In this document: in pieces, positions 29,207 through 39,964 of the stretch
Numbering within the stretch: position 1 is the first letter of the stretch
How the letters are laid out: every line of letters begins with the position of its first letter
Virus record (IMG/VR): IMGVR_UViG_2698536620_000014
Direction: 5' to 3' (one strand)
Source of the DNA: a virus
Taxonomy: Duplodnaviria > Heunggongvirae > Uroviricota > Caudoviricetes
Length of the DNA stretch: 55,939 nucleotides
Notes under the pieces: generated by a model
The model's input: only the letters and a program-made list of their open reading frames with translations
Databases searched by the model: none
Told to the model about the DNA's origin: nothing
Translations under genes and position numbers: made by a program

Positions 29207-29971
29207 ATGAAACTGAAAACGGTCGAGATTAACGGAAAACAATACGCAGAAATTGATACTGCTGGCCTGCCAGTTTATGTGCACGACGATGGTAAAGAAA
29301 TTGGCTTCGATGCACCGCTGGCGACAAAAAAAATTACAGAGCTTAATGGCGAGGCAAAAAATCATCGCCTGGCTAAAGAAGCTGCAGAGGAAAAACTGGC
29401 TAAGTTTGCCGCTATCGAAGACCCGAAGAAGGCGATCGAGGCACTGGAAATGCTGTCAAAAATCGACCAGAAAAAGCTGCTCGATGCGGGACAGGTTGAC
29501 CAGGTTAAGGCAGAAATTACGAAAAATTTTCAGCAGCAATTAGATGAAGAAAAGCAACGCTCTCAGATGCTGGAGAAGCAGCTTTACGATTCTATGATTG
29601 GCGGTAGTTTTGCGGGTTCAAAATATATTGCCGATAAAATTGCGATCCCGGCAGATTTATTACAAGCCCGCTTCGGGCAGGCATTCAAAGTGGAAGAAGG
29701 GAGGATCGTTGCTTATGACGCTTCCGGCAACAAAATTTATTCCCGCGCGAAGCCTGGCGAACTGGCGCAGTTTGATGAGGCGCTGGAGTTCCTTGTCGAA
29801 AATTACCCTCAGAAAGACTACATCCTGAAAGCCAGTGGCAACAATGGCGGCGGCTCCCGTCCGACACAGCATGATATTGGTCAGAAAACGATGAAACGCT
29901 CTGCTTTTGATGCACTGGATGTTGCAGGTAAGCAAAACGCATTGAAAGACGGTATCACAATCGTTGATTAA
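29207..29971 (+). CDS. Scaffolding protein, 254 aa
   Basis: ATG 29207 (MKLKTVEINGKQYAEIDTAG...); highly charged, helix-prone, Gln/Lys/Glu-rich; precedes the capsid gene. Confidence 0.6.
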   Translation: MKLKTVEINGKQYAEIDTAGLPVYVHDDGKEIGFDAPLATKKITELNGEAKNHRLAKEAAEEKLAKFAAIEDPKKAIEALEMLSKIDQKKLLDAGQVDQVKAEITKNFQQQLDEEKQRSQMLEKQLYDSMIGGSFAGSKYIADKIAIPADLLQARFGQAFKVEEGRIVAYDASGNKIYSRAKPGELAQFDEALEFLVENYPQKDYILKASGNNGGGSRPTQHDIGQKTMKRSAFDALDVAGKQNALKDGITIVD

Positions 29972-30069
29972 CACATTTGTCAGCTTCCGGATGGGAGCTG
30001 GTGTCAGGGCTGGATAGCTCATTACTCCATCTATTCACAATTACGCAAATTTTTAAGGAATATTTAATT

Positions 30070-31209
30070 ATGGCTGGAAATACCCTGACCGGGTTGATCC
30101 CGACTATTTATACCGCCCTGGATGTTGTATCCCGTGAGCAGGTAGGTTTTATCCCTGCGGTAGCAAAAAACGCAAAAGCTGACGCCGCAGCAAAAGATCA
30201 GACGGTAACCGCGCCAGTTGCGCCTGAGGCGAAAACCGAAGATATCGTACCGGGGCCGTCAGCTCCGAATACCGGTGATCAAAATATTGGCACTGTTGAT
30301 GTAAAAATTACTAAATCCAAAATGGCACCGGTTAAATGGAATGGTGAAGAACAACTGGCTCTTGGCCCTTCAGGGACTTACAACACCATTCTGGCTGATC
30401 AGTTCAAGCAGGCTTTTCGCGCCCTTGCAAACGAGGTTGAGGCTGATCTTGGTGCGTTGTATTTCGGTGCTTCCCGCGCCGTGGGAACCGCAGGGACAAC
30501 GCCGTTTGGTGTTAAAGATGATCTTTCTGATGCTGCTCTGGCTCGTCAGGTTCTGGAGGATAACGGCGCACCGACAACCGATCTGCAGATGGTGCTTGGC
30601 TCCACTGCCATTGCTAATTTGCGCGGAAAACAGTCTGTATTGTTTAAAGTGAATGAATCCGGCACTGAACAGCTACTGCGTGAGGGCGTGTTGGGGCGTC
30701 TGGAGGGATTCAATATTCACAGTTCGGCAGGTGTGAAACGAGCGCCAAAGGTTGCTGCAACTGGTTATCTCGTGAATGGAGAGAAAAAAGAAGGCGATGT
30801 TCTTATTTCCATTGATACTGGTTCGGGGAGTATTTCTGCAGGTCAGATTGTTACGTTCGCTGGTGATCCGAATCAGTATGTTGTGGCAGCAGCGACCAGC
30901 AATCTGATTACTCTTGCAGCGCCCGGACTGCGTCAGGATCTGGCCGATGATACTGCCATCACAGTTGTTGGGGCCTTTACTGCAAATATGGCGTTTGATC
31001 GCAACGCGTTTCTGCTGGCATCCCGTACTCCGGCAATGCCGGAAGGTGGCGATAATGCTGATGATGTAATGAATGTTACGGACCCGATTTCAGGGATTAC
31101 GTTCCAGATTGCACTGTATCGTCAGTATCGCCAGGTGCGCTATGAAGTTGGACTGGCATGGGGTGTTTCATCAGTGAAGCCGGCACATGGTTGTCTGATT
31201 CTTGGTTAA
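30070..31209 (+). CDS. Major capsid protein, 379 aa
   Basis: ATG 30070 after AAGGA; Ala/Gly/Thr-rich; followed by a strong terminator. Confidence 0.7.
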   Translation: MAGNTLTGLIPTIYTALDVVSREQVGFIPAVAKNAKADAAAKDQTVTAPVAPEAKTEDIVPGPSAPNTGDQNIGTVDVKITKSKMAPVKWNGEEQLALGPSGTYNTILADQFKQAFRALANEVEADLGALYFGASRAVGTAGTTPFGVKDDLSDAALARQVLEDNGAPTTDLQMVLGSTAIANLRGKQSVLFKVNESGTEQLLREGVLGRLEGFNIHSSAGVKRAPKVAATGYLVNGEKKEGDVLISIDTGSGSISAGQIVTFAGDPNQYVVAAATSNLITLAAPGLRQDLADDTAITVVGAFTANMAFDRNAFLLASRTPAMPEGGDNADDVMNVTDPISGITFQIALYRQYRQVRYEVGLAWGVSSVKPAHGCLILG

Positions 31210-31219
31210 ACATTCAAAC

Positions 31220-31239
31220 GGGGCTTCGGCCCCATTTTT
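31220..31239 (+). terminator. Rho-independent terminator after the capsid gene
   Basis: ggggc-ttcg-gcccc hairpin followed by attttt. Confidence 0.55.
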
Positions 31240-31251
31240 AATGGGGGGCAT

Positions 31252-31428
31252 ATGGCCGGATTAACTAAAGAGCAAAGAGCACAGCGTGAAGCCGCACAAA
31301 AAACGCAAATTGAGTTAGTGGTTATGGTGACCGATTATCAGATGTTTCCCGGCGCACCAACTATCGCTAATGTTCATCCTGATGAAGTTGACAACTGGAA
31401 GGCTATGGGCTGGAAAACTCAGGAGTAA
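31252..31428 (+). CDS. Small ORF, 58 aa (possible head decoration or packaging accessory protein)
   Basis: Not in track. ATG 31252 to TAA 31426-31428: MAGLTKEQRAQREAAQKTQIELVVMVTDYQMFPGAPTIANVHPDEVDNWKAMGWKTQE; its 3' end supplies the AGGAG RBS of the next gene. Confidence 0.35.
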   Translation: MAGLTKEQRAQREAAQKTQIELVVMVTDYQMFPGAPTIANVHPDEVDNWKAMGWKTQE

Positions 31429-31431
31429 CAC

Positions 31432-31827
31432 ATGATCACTTACGTGACCTGTGATGACGTTGATAATGCGTTTGGGAACGCCTGGACGAGTGAGAACGCT
31501 AAAAATAAAGCTGTTTTAATGGCTAATGCCTGGCTTAATGGCTTCAACCTGAAAATTAACCCATCCCGTATTCCGGAAGAGGTAAAACTTGCGGGAGCAT
31601 ATGCAGCCAGAATTGCCTCATTCGGTAAGTTGTTTCAGCAGAAAAATGATTCTGGCGTTGTTATCAGTAAAGCCGTGTCGGCTGACGGGGTCAGTGTATC
31701 GAAATCATTTTCTGAGTTGCCAGCAAACAGCACTGCATTGCTTGAACCCGATTTACAGCTTGCGATAGCACTGCTGAAACCGTACGGACTTAGTCGCTCA
31801 CAAGTCAGGGTTGTGAGGGGGGGATAA
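31432..31827 (+). CDS. Head-tail connector protein, 131 aa
   Basis: First of four small translationally coupled ORFs between capsid and major tail genes. Confidence 0.55.
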   Translation: MITYVTCDDVDNAFGNAWTSENAKNKAVLMANAWLNGFNLKINPSRIPEEVKLAGAYAARIASFGKLFQQKNDSGVVISKAVSADGVSVSKSFSELPANSTALLEPDLQLAIALLKPYGLSRSQVRVVRGG

Positions 31828-32210
31828 TGGGGCTTCGTGAAGAGATTCAGTCAGAGGTTGCCGCTGCTTTTGATGAGGATTTAGCGGACGCCGTGAGTGA
31901 TTTTTCTGGTTCTTACGTTACGCACCGGCACTGGGATCCTGTGACGGAAACTGGCGGCGAATCAACCGCAATCTATACCGGGCGAGGCGTGTTGACACGT
32001 TATAAGCTGGGCAGAATTGATGGGATTAATATTTTGCATGGTGACCTTAAATTAACCGCTCTGGTATGCGAGGTTACGGATAAACCAGCTGTCGACCATA
32101 TTATTGAGATTTATGATCCTGTATCAAGGCAGTTACAACGATACGAGGTAATTACAGCAAGTGTAGATCCTTCCGCATCAGTTTACTCTATCCAGTTAAG
32201 GAGAGCGTAA
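31827..32210 (+). CDS. Head-tail adaptor / head closure protein, 127 aa
   Basis: ATGG overlap with the previous gene; position in module. Confidence 0.55.
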   Translation: MGLREEIQSEVAAAFDEDLADAVSDFSGSYVTHRHWDPVTETGGESTAIYTGRGVLTRYKLGRIDGINILHGDLKLTALVCEVTDKPAVDHIIEIYDPVSRQLQRYEVITASVDPSASVYSIQLRRA

Positions 32211-32591
32211 ATGGCAAAGGCATGGGATATAGAACCGTCAATATTTGCCGGGATGATTGAGGAAGATGTAGGGCTGAAGATTCGCTACATCGCTATGCAG
32301 ATTCTTACTGCTATTGATATTGCTGCTCCGGTTGATACCGGACGTTTCAGAAATAACAACCTGGTGTCGTTACAGCATCCCGATTTTGGTATATCTGATA
32401 ACGTGGATCCGAACGGTACGATTGCTGTTCAGCGTGGGATCGGGGTTATTTCGAAAGCTGCAAATTACGGGGTTATTTATATCCAGAATAACCTTCCTTA
32501 TGCAGAGGCTCTTGAAAACGGTCATTCACAACAAGCGCCAACTGGCGTGTATGCCAACGCTTTTCATGGTGTTTTACAGGCTTACAAATGA
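32211..32591 (+). CDS. Head-tail joining protein (HK97 gp10-like), 126 aa
   Basis: Position and size. Confidence 0.55.
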   Translation: MAKAWDIEPSIFAGMIEEDVGLKIRYIAMQILTAIDIAAPVDTGRFRNNNLVSLQHPDFGISDNVDPNGTIAVQRGIGVISKAANYGVIYIQNNLPYAEALENGHSQQAPTGVYANAFHGVLQAYK

Positions 32592-32980
32592 AGTTTACTG
32601 AAATCAGAAATACGGTTATTTCCAGAATGACGGCACAGACGATTATTGATGGAAAAGACGTATTGTATCCGAACGGGCCAACGTTCGATCCTTCCGGTAA
32701 GTTAATCTGGGCGCGGTTAAGTAATATTCCCGGGCAGGCTGGAGTTAATGAAATTGGCGCGGGGCCGGTTGTTTATCGCACGGGGATAATCATTATTCAG
32801 TTATTTGTCCCCGCAGGTTCTGGTTCAAAACTCATTACTGAGACAGCCGATAAATTGCGGGAACTGTTTGAGTTTCAGGATGACGATCGTCTCAGTTACC
32901 AGGCTGTTTCCTCAATAGCCGTTGGCGAAAAGAATGGCTGGTTCCAGCTTAATCTTCAAATTCCATATCGCGCGCTCTAG
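32588..32980 (+). CDS. Tail completion / tail terminator protein, 130 aa
   Basis: ATGA overlap with the previous gene; precedes the major tail gene. Confidence 0.55.
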   Translation: MKFTEIRNTVISRMTAQTIIDGKDVLYPNGPTFDPSGKLIWARLSNIPGQAGVNEIGAGPVVYRTGIIIIQLFVPAGSGSKLITETADKLRELFEFQDDDRLSYQAVSSIAVGEKNGWFQLNLQIPYRAL

Positions 32981-33006
32981 CGCAATTAATGACATAGGAG
33001 GCTCCT

Positions 33007-33969
33007 GTGAGTTCAGGTGCAAAGGTTATCTCGGCATTTATCCGGGAGACGGTTGCAGGCACTACGCCAGCAAGTGGTGACTGGAGTTTATTAAAACGCA
33101 CAAGCTGGGGAGTAAAACCCACCCAGAATAAAGGCGAAAATAATGAGATTGGTGGCTCCCGGATGGCTCAGGGGGCGACGCCTGGCACTGTGGATGTCGG
33201 CGGTGATGTTGGTACCAAATTTCGCTGGGGTCAACATGATGATTTTCTTGCATCCTGTTTCGGCGCGGAATGGTCAGGCGATTCTCTGACAATGGGGAAT
33301 GAGCGAATAACATTTTCTCTGGCGACCTATGCGTCCGATGTCGGAATTGCCTCTGTCGTCAGAGGAGCGCAGGTTGGCTCATGGAAAATGCAGATCCCTA
33401 ACGACGGCGATATTACAGCGACCGTAACCTTTGCCGGACTGGACTGGGAATCAAAGGCCGATGATACGAATTTTATCAAAGGCGAACCTGTGGATAGTGC
33501 AGGAAAGCTACGTTATTCGTTTAAGGAGGTTTCAGCAGTAAGCCTGAATGGTGTTGCCGGAGGTAACGGTTTTTGTATCGACAGTTTTGATATTCAGTTC
33601 GATAACAAACTCCAGACACAGCGTTGTATCGGGACTGGCTCGCCTTATGCAGGAGCAAATATTCCGACTACTTTTACACCGTCCGGTACGGTGACGCTTT
33701 CATGGTCTAAAGCCGCGTGGGAAATCTGGAGTAAAACACTGACTGGAGAAACAGTTCCGTTCAGCTTCACGCTTTCGAATGGAGAGGGGGCATACACTTT
33801 CAGTTTCCCGAAGGTTCAGGTGTCAGGTGAATGGCCTGATGGGGGTAATAGCGACATTATCCAGGTTCAATTGAGCATTACCGCAGCAGATGAAGCACCT
33901 ACGATAACCAGAAAAAAAAATTCCCCGGCTGCCGTGATCGCAAAAGCCAGTGCTGAGGCGATTAGTTGA
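33007..33969 (+). CDS. Major tail protein, 320 aa
   Basis: GTG start after AGGAGG; Gly/Thr/Ser-rich beta-type composition; precedes the chaperone pair. Confidence 0.7.
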   Translation: MSSGAKVISAFIRETVAGTTPASGDWSLLKRTSWGVKPTQNKGENNEIGGSRMAQGATPGTVDVGGDVGTKFRWGQHDDFLASCFGAEWSGDSLTMGNERITFSLATYASDVGIASVVRGAQVGSWKMQIPNDGDITATVTFAGLDWESKADDTNFIKGEPVDSAGKLRYSFKEVSAVSLNGVAGGNGFCIDSFDIQFDNKLQTQRCIGTGSPYAGANIPTTFTPSGTVTLSWSKAAWEIWSKTLTGETVPFSFTLSNGEGAYTFSFPKVQVSGEWPDGGNSDIIQVQLSITAADEAPTITRKKNSPAAVIAKASAEAIS

Positions 33970-34017
33970 TTTTCCGTTATTCCTCCTGTGGTACTGCCCT
34001 ACAGGGGGACGCATTGA

Positions 34018-34479
34018 ATGAGGTTATGGATGTTTATTCTTAATCAGAAAATTATCATTGGTGGAGAACGCTGGTTTACGCCAATGAAGGACTTAAAACC
34101 TGTAGACGGGTTAAAACTGTTGGTGGCAAGCAGCGATAACGATCAGTATCGCTCCCGTAATGCATTAATCCGTCGCCACATTGAGAAAATGGATGCCAGT
34201 TTGCACGTCGGAACGAAGGAGTTTGATATTTCAAAGGTTTCCGAGGTGGATTCTGTTGATGATTTACTCATTGATAATGCCGCTCGTTATCTGCTGAAAG
34301 ACTGGAAAGGGGTTGGTGAACTGGTTAATGGTGTTGAGGTTGCACTGGAATATACGGCAGAACGAGGGATCGCGCTGCTTAAGCAGAATCCAGAGTTGTA
34401 CTGGCAGATCCTTGCAGAAGCAGCCAGCATCGCCCAGGGTAAAGAGCAGCAGAAGCAGGATACGATAAAAAAGCCATAG
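34018..34479 (+). CDS. Tail assembly chaperone (gpG-like), 153 aa
   Basis: Ends just after slippery A_AAA_AAG (34467-34473); immediately upstream of the tape measure gene. Confidence 0.65.
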   Translation: MRLWMFILNQKIIIGGERWFTPMKDLKPVDGLKLLVASSDNDQYRSRNALIRRHIEKMDASLHVGTKEFDISKVSEVDSVDDLLIDNAARYLLKDWKGVGELVNGVEVALEYTAERGIALLKQNPELYWQILAEAASIAQGKEQQKQDTIKKP

Positions 34480-34787
34480 CTGCCCAGCGGTGGTTATCGG
34501 AGTTCGGGGGAGAAAGGGGGGAAAAGGCAAGATGGAAGCGAGAAAAACTCAGGTTGCCACCGATACCGGAACCAGAAATAGACCCGGTGCTTAAGGAGTT
34601 GTTGTACGCCTATTCGGTAATATCCCGTGCCCGACGTTATGCTGGAATGGCTGGGGTGCCTTTGCCTTTATCTCTGACAGAGATAAATGAATATTTAGCC
34701 ACTCATCCGGTATTGATTGAGCGCGATGAATTTGAAGCAGTGATCTTTGCACTGGATGACCAGTATTTTCAGGAGCAGTGTGTGTAG
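34018..34787 (+). CDS. Tail assembly chaperone fusion (gpGT-like) by programmed -1 frameshift
   Basis: After a -1 slip at A_AAA_AAG the frame stays open through 34787 and is the same frame as the track ORF 34554-34787. Confidence 0.5.
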
Positions 34788-34952
34788 TTGTTAATTACGT
34801 ACACTCTGTTACAGAGATGTGATGGTGTCTTTAATTAAATCGATGATGCTCCTGGAGAAAAGCATTGCGTGGCCTCGTAATCGCTATATCTACTATTATG
34901 TCGCCTGAAACCCACTTCGCGGTGGGTTTTTTGTTGTCAGGAGTTTTAATAA

Positions 34953-37900
34953 ATGGCAGAGCAAACCTCGCGTCTCGCAATAATTATTGATAGCACTGGA
35001 GCGAAAAATAATGCTGACAATCTGACCTCCTCATTAGTCAAAATGACGCAGGCTGGGGAAACTGCTGCAAATAGCGCAGGGAAAGTGACTAAGGCAACAG
35101 AAGATGAGAAGAACGCGCTCGCAAAATTAAAAGCAGCTATTGATCCAGTTGGTGCCGCAATTGATACTGTCGGTCGACGCTATTCTGAATTAAAGAAATT
35201 TTTCGATAAAGGGCTTATTGATAAAGAAGAATATGAATTTCTTGTCCGTAAACTTAATGAAACCACAGAGGAATTGAGCGGGGTTGCGCAAGCGCAGAGA
35301 GAAGCCGAGAAGGCCGGAAAACTTGCTGCCGCCCAGCAGGAAGCGCAGGCTCAGGCCTTTCAAAGAATGCTGGACAAGATCGACCCTCTGGCTGCGGCGC
35401 TAAGAAATCTTGAACAACAGCATGATGAACTTAATGCTGCGTTTGCATCCGGGAAAATAAATGGTTCTCAGTTTGAGAATTATAGCCGAAAAATACAGGA
35501 AACACGGCGAGAGCTTACCGGAGAGGCTCAGGCAGAGCGAGAAGCAGCAAAAGCGCATGATGAACAGGTTGTTGCTTTGCAACGTCTGATTGCTCAACTT
35601 GATCCTGTCGGAACTGCTTTTAATCGTCTGGTAGAACAACAGAAACAGCTCAATGAAGCAAAAGCTAAGGGGATGCTTTCTCCTGAAATGTATGAGGAGC
35701 TTTCTGGAAAACTTCGTGCTATGCGGAGTGAGCTTGAGGTTACTCAATCACAATTAAGCAAAACCGGAATGTCGGCAAAACAAACGGCTTTTGCTATGCG
35801 CATGTTGCCTGTACAAATGACGGATATTGTTGTTGGGTTGTCCACTGGTCAGTCGCCATTTATGGTGTTAATGCAGCAGGGCGGCCAGCTAAAAGATATG
35901 TTCGGTGGGATTGGCCCGGCGATCAAAGGTGTAGGTTCTTATGTGCTGGGATTAATTAATCCTTTTACCCTGGCCGCAGCAGCCGTTGGGGTCTTAGGAC
36001 TGGCTTACTATAAAGGCTCTCAGGAGCAGGACGAATTTAATAAATCTCTTATTCTTACCGGAAATCAGTTGGGGACAACCAGCGGGCAATTGGGCGATAT
36101 AGCTCAACGTGCCGGGAATGCGGCTGATTCGACAACTGGTGCTGCGGCGGCAGTATTAAATCAGCTTGTGCGTTCGGGAAAGGTAGCGAGCAGTTCGCTG
36201 GAGCAAGTGACGACAGCGATAGTAAAAACGAGCGAAGTAACAGGAATATCAACCGAACAACTGGTTAATGACTTCAATGAAATTGCAAAGGATCCTGTCA
36301 GTGCCATATCAAAACTTAATGATCAGTACCATTTTCTGACACTTGCGACTTATAACCAGATTAAGGCGCTACAGGATGAAGGGAACCAGCAGGAGGCCGC
36401 CCGCATTGCGACAGAAGAATACTCATCCTCAATGATCCAGCGCACCAACCAGATTAAAGAAAATCTTGGTTATCTTGAGACTGCATGGAAAGCTGTCGCA
36501 GACTCCGCAAAATGGGCATGGGATTCCATGCTGGATATTGGCCGTGAGGCCTCCCTTGATCAAAAAATCTCAGATGTTCTCCGTCAAATTGATGAAATAG
36601 AAAAAAATACCCGACCCGGAGTTTTCGGGTTAGGTGGCATTGGAGATGGCGGAGCTCAAAATAAAAGGCTGGCACGATTAAAGCAGCAATTGGGCGTACT
36701 TCAAGCAGAAAAAATTGCTCAGGACGTACTAAATTCATCAATAAACGATTACAACAAGCGACAACAGGAAGGAATTGAACTCAGACAGAGAGCAGATGCC
36801 TTTTCAAAACAATATCAGACCCGGGAGCAGCAGAGAGCTAGTGAACTTGCAAAACTGGAAAAGCTAAAGAATCAGTATTCAAAGGAAGAATATAATAATC
36901 TTATCGCTCAAATAAATGAGCGTTATAAAGATCCAAAGCAACCAAAGGCGAAAGGTTATTCTGATGATGCAGCCCAACGAATGATTGATCATCTGAATCA
37001 ACAGAATGCGTTACTAAGTTCACAAGCTGAGTTGACCGTTAAATTAAGTTCCTCTGAACAGGAACTGGTTAAGTGGCGTCAGCGGATTGCCGACCTAGAG
37101 TCACGACCATCATCGAAATTAACCCAGGATCAGAAATCGCTTCTCTTACACCGGGAAGAAATAACCACGTTGATGGAGAAAAATGTTGCGATTGAAAAAA
37201 ATAACAGGCTAATCAAGGAATCCGCCGAAATAACAGCATGGCGTGATTCATTGCAGGCTTCGATTGATAATCGTCAGCAGGGGTATGATATTCAGATTGC
37301 TGGTTATGGGGTTGGCGATAAAAATCAGCAACGCCAGCAGGAATTACTGCGGATTGAACATGGATATAACAATCAGCGTCTGCAACTTGAACGTGACTAT
37401 GCAGATAAATCCCGTGGAATGTCAGATCATGTTTTTCAAGAGAAAATGCAGGCTCTGAATGATGCTCTGGAACGGGAAAAAGAAATTGTCAGACAGAAAA
37501 ACGAGCAGCTCGATATTCAGGCAGGAGACTGGGTTAGTGGTGCCTCCCAGGGATTCAATAACTGGCTGGATGACACTAAGGATATCAGTGAGCAGATAAA
37601 ATCAACCACGACTCAGATGTTTGATGGGATGACCGATGCGCTGGGTGATTTTGTCACGACAGGCAAGGCAAATTTTCGTTCTTTCGCTACTTCCGTGATT
37701 TCGGATCTTAGTCGAATAGCATTAAAGGCTTCAATTACTGGGATTTTCGACAGCATTAGTAACAGTTCTTCTGGGGGGATTTTAGGAACTATCGGGAGTG
37801 CTATTAGTAAATTTATTCCGAATGCAAAGGGCGGTGTTTATGAGTCTCCGTCATTGAGCACGTATTCGAACGGTATTTATGATTCCCCGCAATTTTTTGC

Positions 37901-38186
37901 TTTTGCAAAAGGGGCTGGTGTTTTTGGTGAGGCTGGACCGGAAGCCATTATGCCATTAACACGAACTTCCGATGGTTCTCTTGGTGTCAGAGCTATTAAT
38001 AGTAAAAGTGGTAATGGAGGCGGAGATATTACCTATGCCCCTGTATACCAAATCACTATTCAAAATGACGGCCAGAATGGAGAGATTGGCCCTCAGGCAA
38101 TAAAAGCACTTATGGGGATGGTTGATCAGCGGGTGCAGGGCAATCTGTTAAATATGCGACGTGATGGGGGAATGTTAAGTGGCTAA
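34953..38186 (+). CDS. Tail tape measure protein, 1077 aa
   Basis: Long coiled-coil-rich ORF (LAAAL, QQQ-rich repeats) with Gly-rich C-terminal region. Confidence 0.9.
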   Translation: MAEQTSRLAIIIDSTGAKNNADNLTSSLVKMTQAGETAANSAGKVTKATEDEKNALAKLKAAIDPVGAAIDTVGRRYSELKKFFDKGLIDKEEYEFLVRKLNETTEELSGVAQAQREAEKAGKLAAAQQEAQAQAFQRMLDKIDPLAAALRNLEQQHDELNAAFASGKINGSQFENYSRKIQETRRELTGEAQAEREAAKAHDEQVVALQRLIAQLDPVGTAFNRLVEQQKQLNEAKAKGMLSPEMYEELSGKLRAMRSELEVTQSQLSKTGMSAKQTAFAMRMLPVQMTDIVVGLSTGQSPFMVLMQQGGQLKDMFGGIGPAIKGVGSYVLGLINPFTLAAAAVGVLGLAYYKGSQEQDEFNKSLILTGNQLGTTSGQLGDIAQRAGNAADSTTGAAAAVLNQLVRSGKVASSSLEQVTTAIVKTSEVTGISTEQLVNDFNEIAKDPVSAISKLNDQYHFLTLATYNQIKALQDEGNQQEAARIATEEYSSSMIQRTNQIKENLGYLETAWKAVADSAKWAWDSMLDIGREASLDQKISDVLRQIDEIEKNTRPGVFGLGGIGDGGAQNKRLARLKQQLGVLQAEKIAQDVLNSSINDYNKRQQEGIELRQRADAFSKQYQTREQQRASELAKLEKLKNQYSKEEYNNLIAQINERYKDPKQPKAKGYSDDAAQRMIDHLNQQNALLSSQAELTVKLSSSEQELVKWRQRIADLESRPSSKLTQDQKSLLLHREEITTLMEKNVAIEKNNRLIKESAEITAWRDSLQASIDNRQQGYDIQIAGYGVGDKNQQRQQELLRIEHGYNNQRLQLERDYADKSRGMSDHVFQEKMQALNDALEREKEIVRQKNEQLDIQAGDWVSGASQGFNNWLDDTKDISEQIKSTTTQMFDGMTDALGDFVTTGKANFRSFATSVISDLSRIALKASITGIFDSISNSSSGGILGTIGSAISKFIPNAKGGVYESPSLSTYSNGIYDSPQFFAFAKGAGVFGEAGPEAIMPLTRTSDGSLGVRAINSKSGNGGGDITYAPVYQITIQNDGQNGEIGPQAIKALMGMVDQRVQGNLLNMRRDGGMLSG

Positions 38187-38517
38187 TACGGAAGAATTTC
38201 ACTGGTTACCAGAGGATGGAATGAAAACAGAAAATAAACCATCGATAAAAACTGTAAGATTTGGTGATGGTTATGAGCAACGAAGTCCAAATGGACTTAA
38301 TCATTCTCTGCGCGTTTTCACCTGTGATTTCAAAGTTGAGGCGAATGAACGTGATTCATTTGAAAAATTTTTAGCCCGGCATGAAGGCTATAAATCTTTT
38401 TTTTGGCGCCCGCCGGGTATTAACAGAAAAATCAGAGTGGTGTGTCGAACGTGGTCAGCGACAGAACATATCACCTATACCGATTTTTCGTGTCAGTTTG
38501 ACGAAGTGGTGATCTGA
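38179..38517 (+). CDS. Minor tail protein M (lambda gpM-like), 112 aa
   Basis: [16 protein letters not shown]...FWRPPG...FSCQFDEVV parallels lambda gpM. Confidence 0.85.
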   Translation: MANTEEFHWLPEDGMKTENKPSIKTVRFGDGYEQRSPNGLNHSLRVFTCDFKVEANERDSFEKFLARHEGYKSFFWRPPGINRKIRVVCRTWSATEHITYTDFSCQFDEVVI

Positions 38518-39215
38518 TGCAGGACATACAACAGGAAACGCTGAATGAATGCATTCGTGCGGAGCAGTCGGCCAGCGTGGTGCTCTGGGAAATCGACCTG
38601 ACCGAGGTAGGCGGGGATCGCTACTTTTTCTGCAATGAGCAGAACGAGAAAGGAGAGTCTGTCACCTGGCAGAGTCGGCAGTATCAGGCCTATCCCATTC
38701 AGGGGAGTGGATTTGAGATGAACGGCAAAGGTGCCAGTGCAAGGCCAACGCTGAAAGTCTCTAATCTGCACGGCATGGTCACCGGGATGGCGGAAGACCT
38801 GCAGAGTCTGGTCGGCGGAACGGTGGTCAGGCGTAAGGTTTACGCCCGTTTTCTGGATGCGGTGAACTTCGTCAACGGAAACAGTGACGCCGATCCGGAG
38901 CAGGAGGTGATCAGCCGCTGGCGTATTGAGCAGTGCAGCGAACTGAGCGCGGTCAGTGCCTCCTTTGTACTGTCCACGCCGACGGAAACGGACGGCGCTG
39001 TTTTTCCGGGGCGCATCATGCTTGCTAATACCTGCACCTGGACCTATCGCGGTGATGAGTGCGGTTATCACGGTCCGGCTGTCGCGGATGAATATGACCA
39101 GCCAACGTCCGATATCACGAAGGATAAATGCAGCAAATGCCTGAGCGGTTGTAAGTTCCGCAATAACGTCGGCAACTTTGGCGGCTTCCTTTCCATTAAC
39201 AAACTTTCGCAGTAA
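38517..39215 (+). CDS. Minor tail protein L (lambda gpL-like), 232 aa
   Basis: Position after gpM; C-terminal Cys cluster (CSKCLSGCKFRNN). Confidence 0.85.
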   Translation: MQDIQQETLNECIRAEQSASVVLWEIDLTEVGGDRYFFCNEQNEKGESVTWQSRQYQAYPIQGSGFEMNGKGASARPTLKVSNLHGMVTGMAEDLQSLVGGTVVRRKVYARFLDAVNFVNGNSDADPEQEVISRWRIEQCSELSAVSASFVLSTPTETDGAVFPGRIMLANTCTWTYRGDECGYHGPAVADEYDQPTSDITKDKCSKCLSGCKFRNNVGNFGGFLSINKLSQ

Positions 39216-39220
39216 ATCCC

Positions 39221-39964
39221 ATGACACAGACAGAATCAGCGATTCTGGCGCACGCCCGGCGATGTGCGCCAGCGGAGTCGTGCGGCTTCGTGGTGAGAAC
39301 ACCGGAGGGGGAAAGATATTTTCCCTGCGTGAATATTTCCGGTGAGCCGGAGGAGTATTTCCGGATGGCTCCGGAGGACTGGCTGCAGGCAGAGATGCAG
39401 GGTGAGATTGTGGCGCTGGTCCACAGCCACCCCGGTGGTCTGCCCTGGCTGAGTGAGGCCGACCGGCGGCTGCAGGTGCAGAGTGATTTGTCGTGGTGGC
39501 TGGTCTGCCGCGGGGCGATTCACAAGTTCCGCTGTGTGCCGCATCTCACCGGGCGGCGCTTTGAGCACGGGGTGACGGACTGTTACACGCTGTTCCGGGA
39601 CGCTTACCATCTGGCGGGAATTGAGATGCCAGATTTTCATCGTGAGGACGACTGGTGGCGTAATGGTCAGAATCTCTATCTGGATAATCTGGAGGCTACA
39701 GGGCTGTATCAGGTGCCGTTGTCAGCGGCGCAGCCGGGCGATGTGCTGCTGTGCTGCTTTGGTTCATCGGTGCCGAATCATGCCGCCATTTACTGTGGTG
39801 ACGGCGAGCTGCTGCACCATATTCCTGAACAACTGAGTAAACGAGAGAGGTACACCGACAAATGGCAGCGACGCACACACTCCCTCTGGCGTCACCGGGC
39901 ATGGCACGCATCTGCCTTTACGGGGATTTACAACGATTTGGCCGCCGCATCGACCTTCGTGTGA
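39221..39964 (+). CDS. Tail assembly protein K (lambda gpK-like; MPN/JAB plus NlpC/P60 domains), 247 aa
   Basis: HSHPGG metalloprotease-like motif and a downstream Cys/His peptidase-like region. Confidence 0.85.
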   Translation: MTQTESAILAHARRCAPAESCGFVVRTPEGERYFPCVNISGEPEEYFRMAPEDWLQAEMQGEIVALVHSHPGGLPWLSEADRRLQVQSDLSWWLVCRGAIHKFRCVPHLTGRRFEHGVTDCYTLFRDAYHLAGIEMPDFHREDDWWRNGQNLYLDNLEATGLYQVPLSAAQPGDVLLCCFGSSVPNHAAIYCGDGELLHHIPEQLSKRERYTDKWQRRTHSLWRHRAWHASAFTGIYNDLAAASTFV

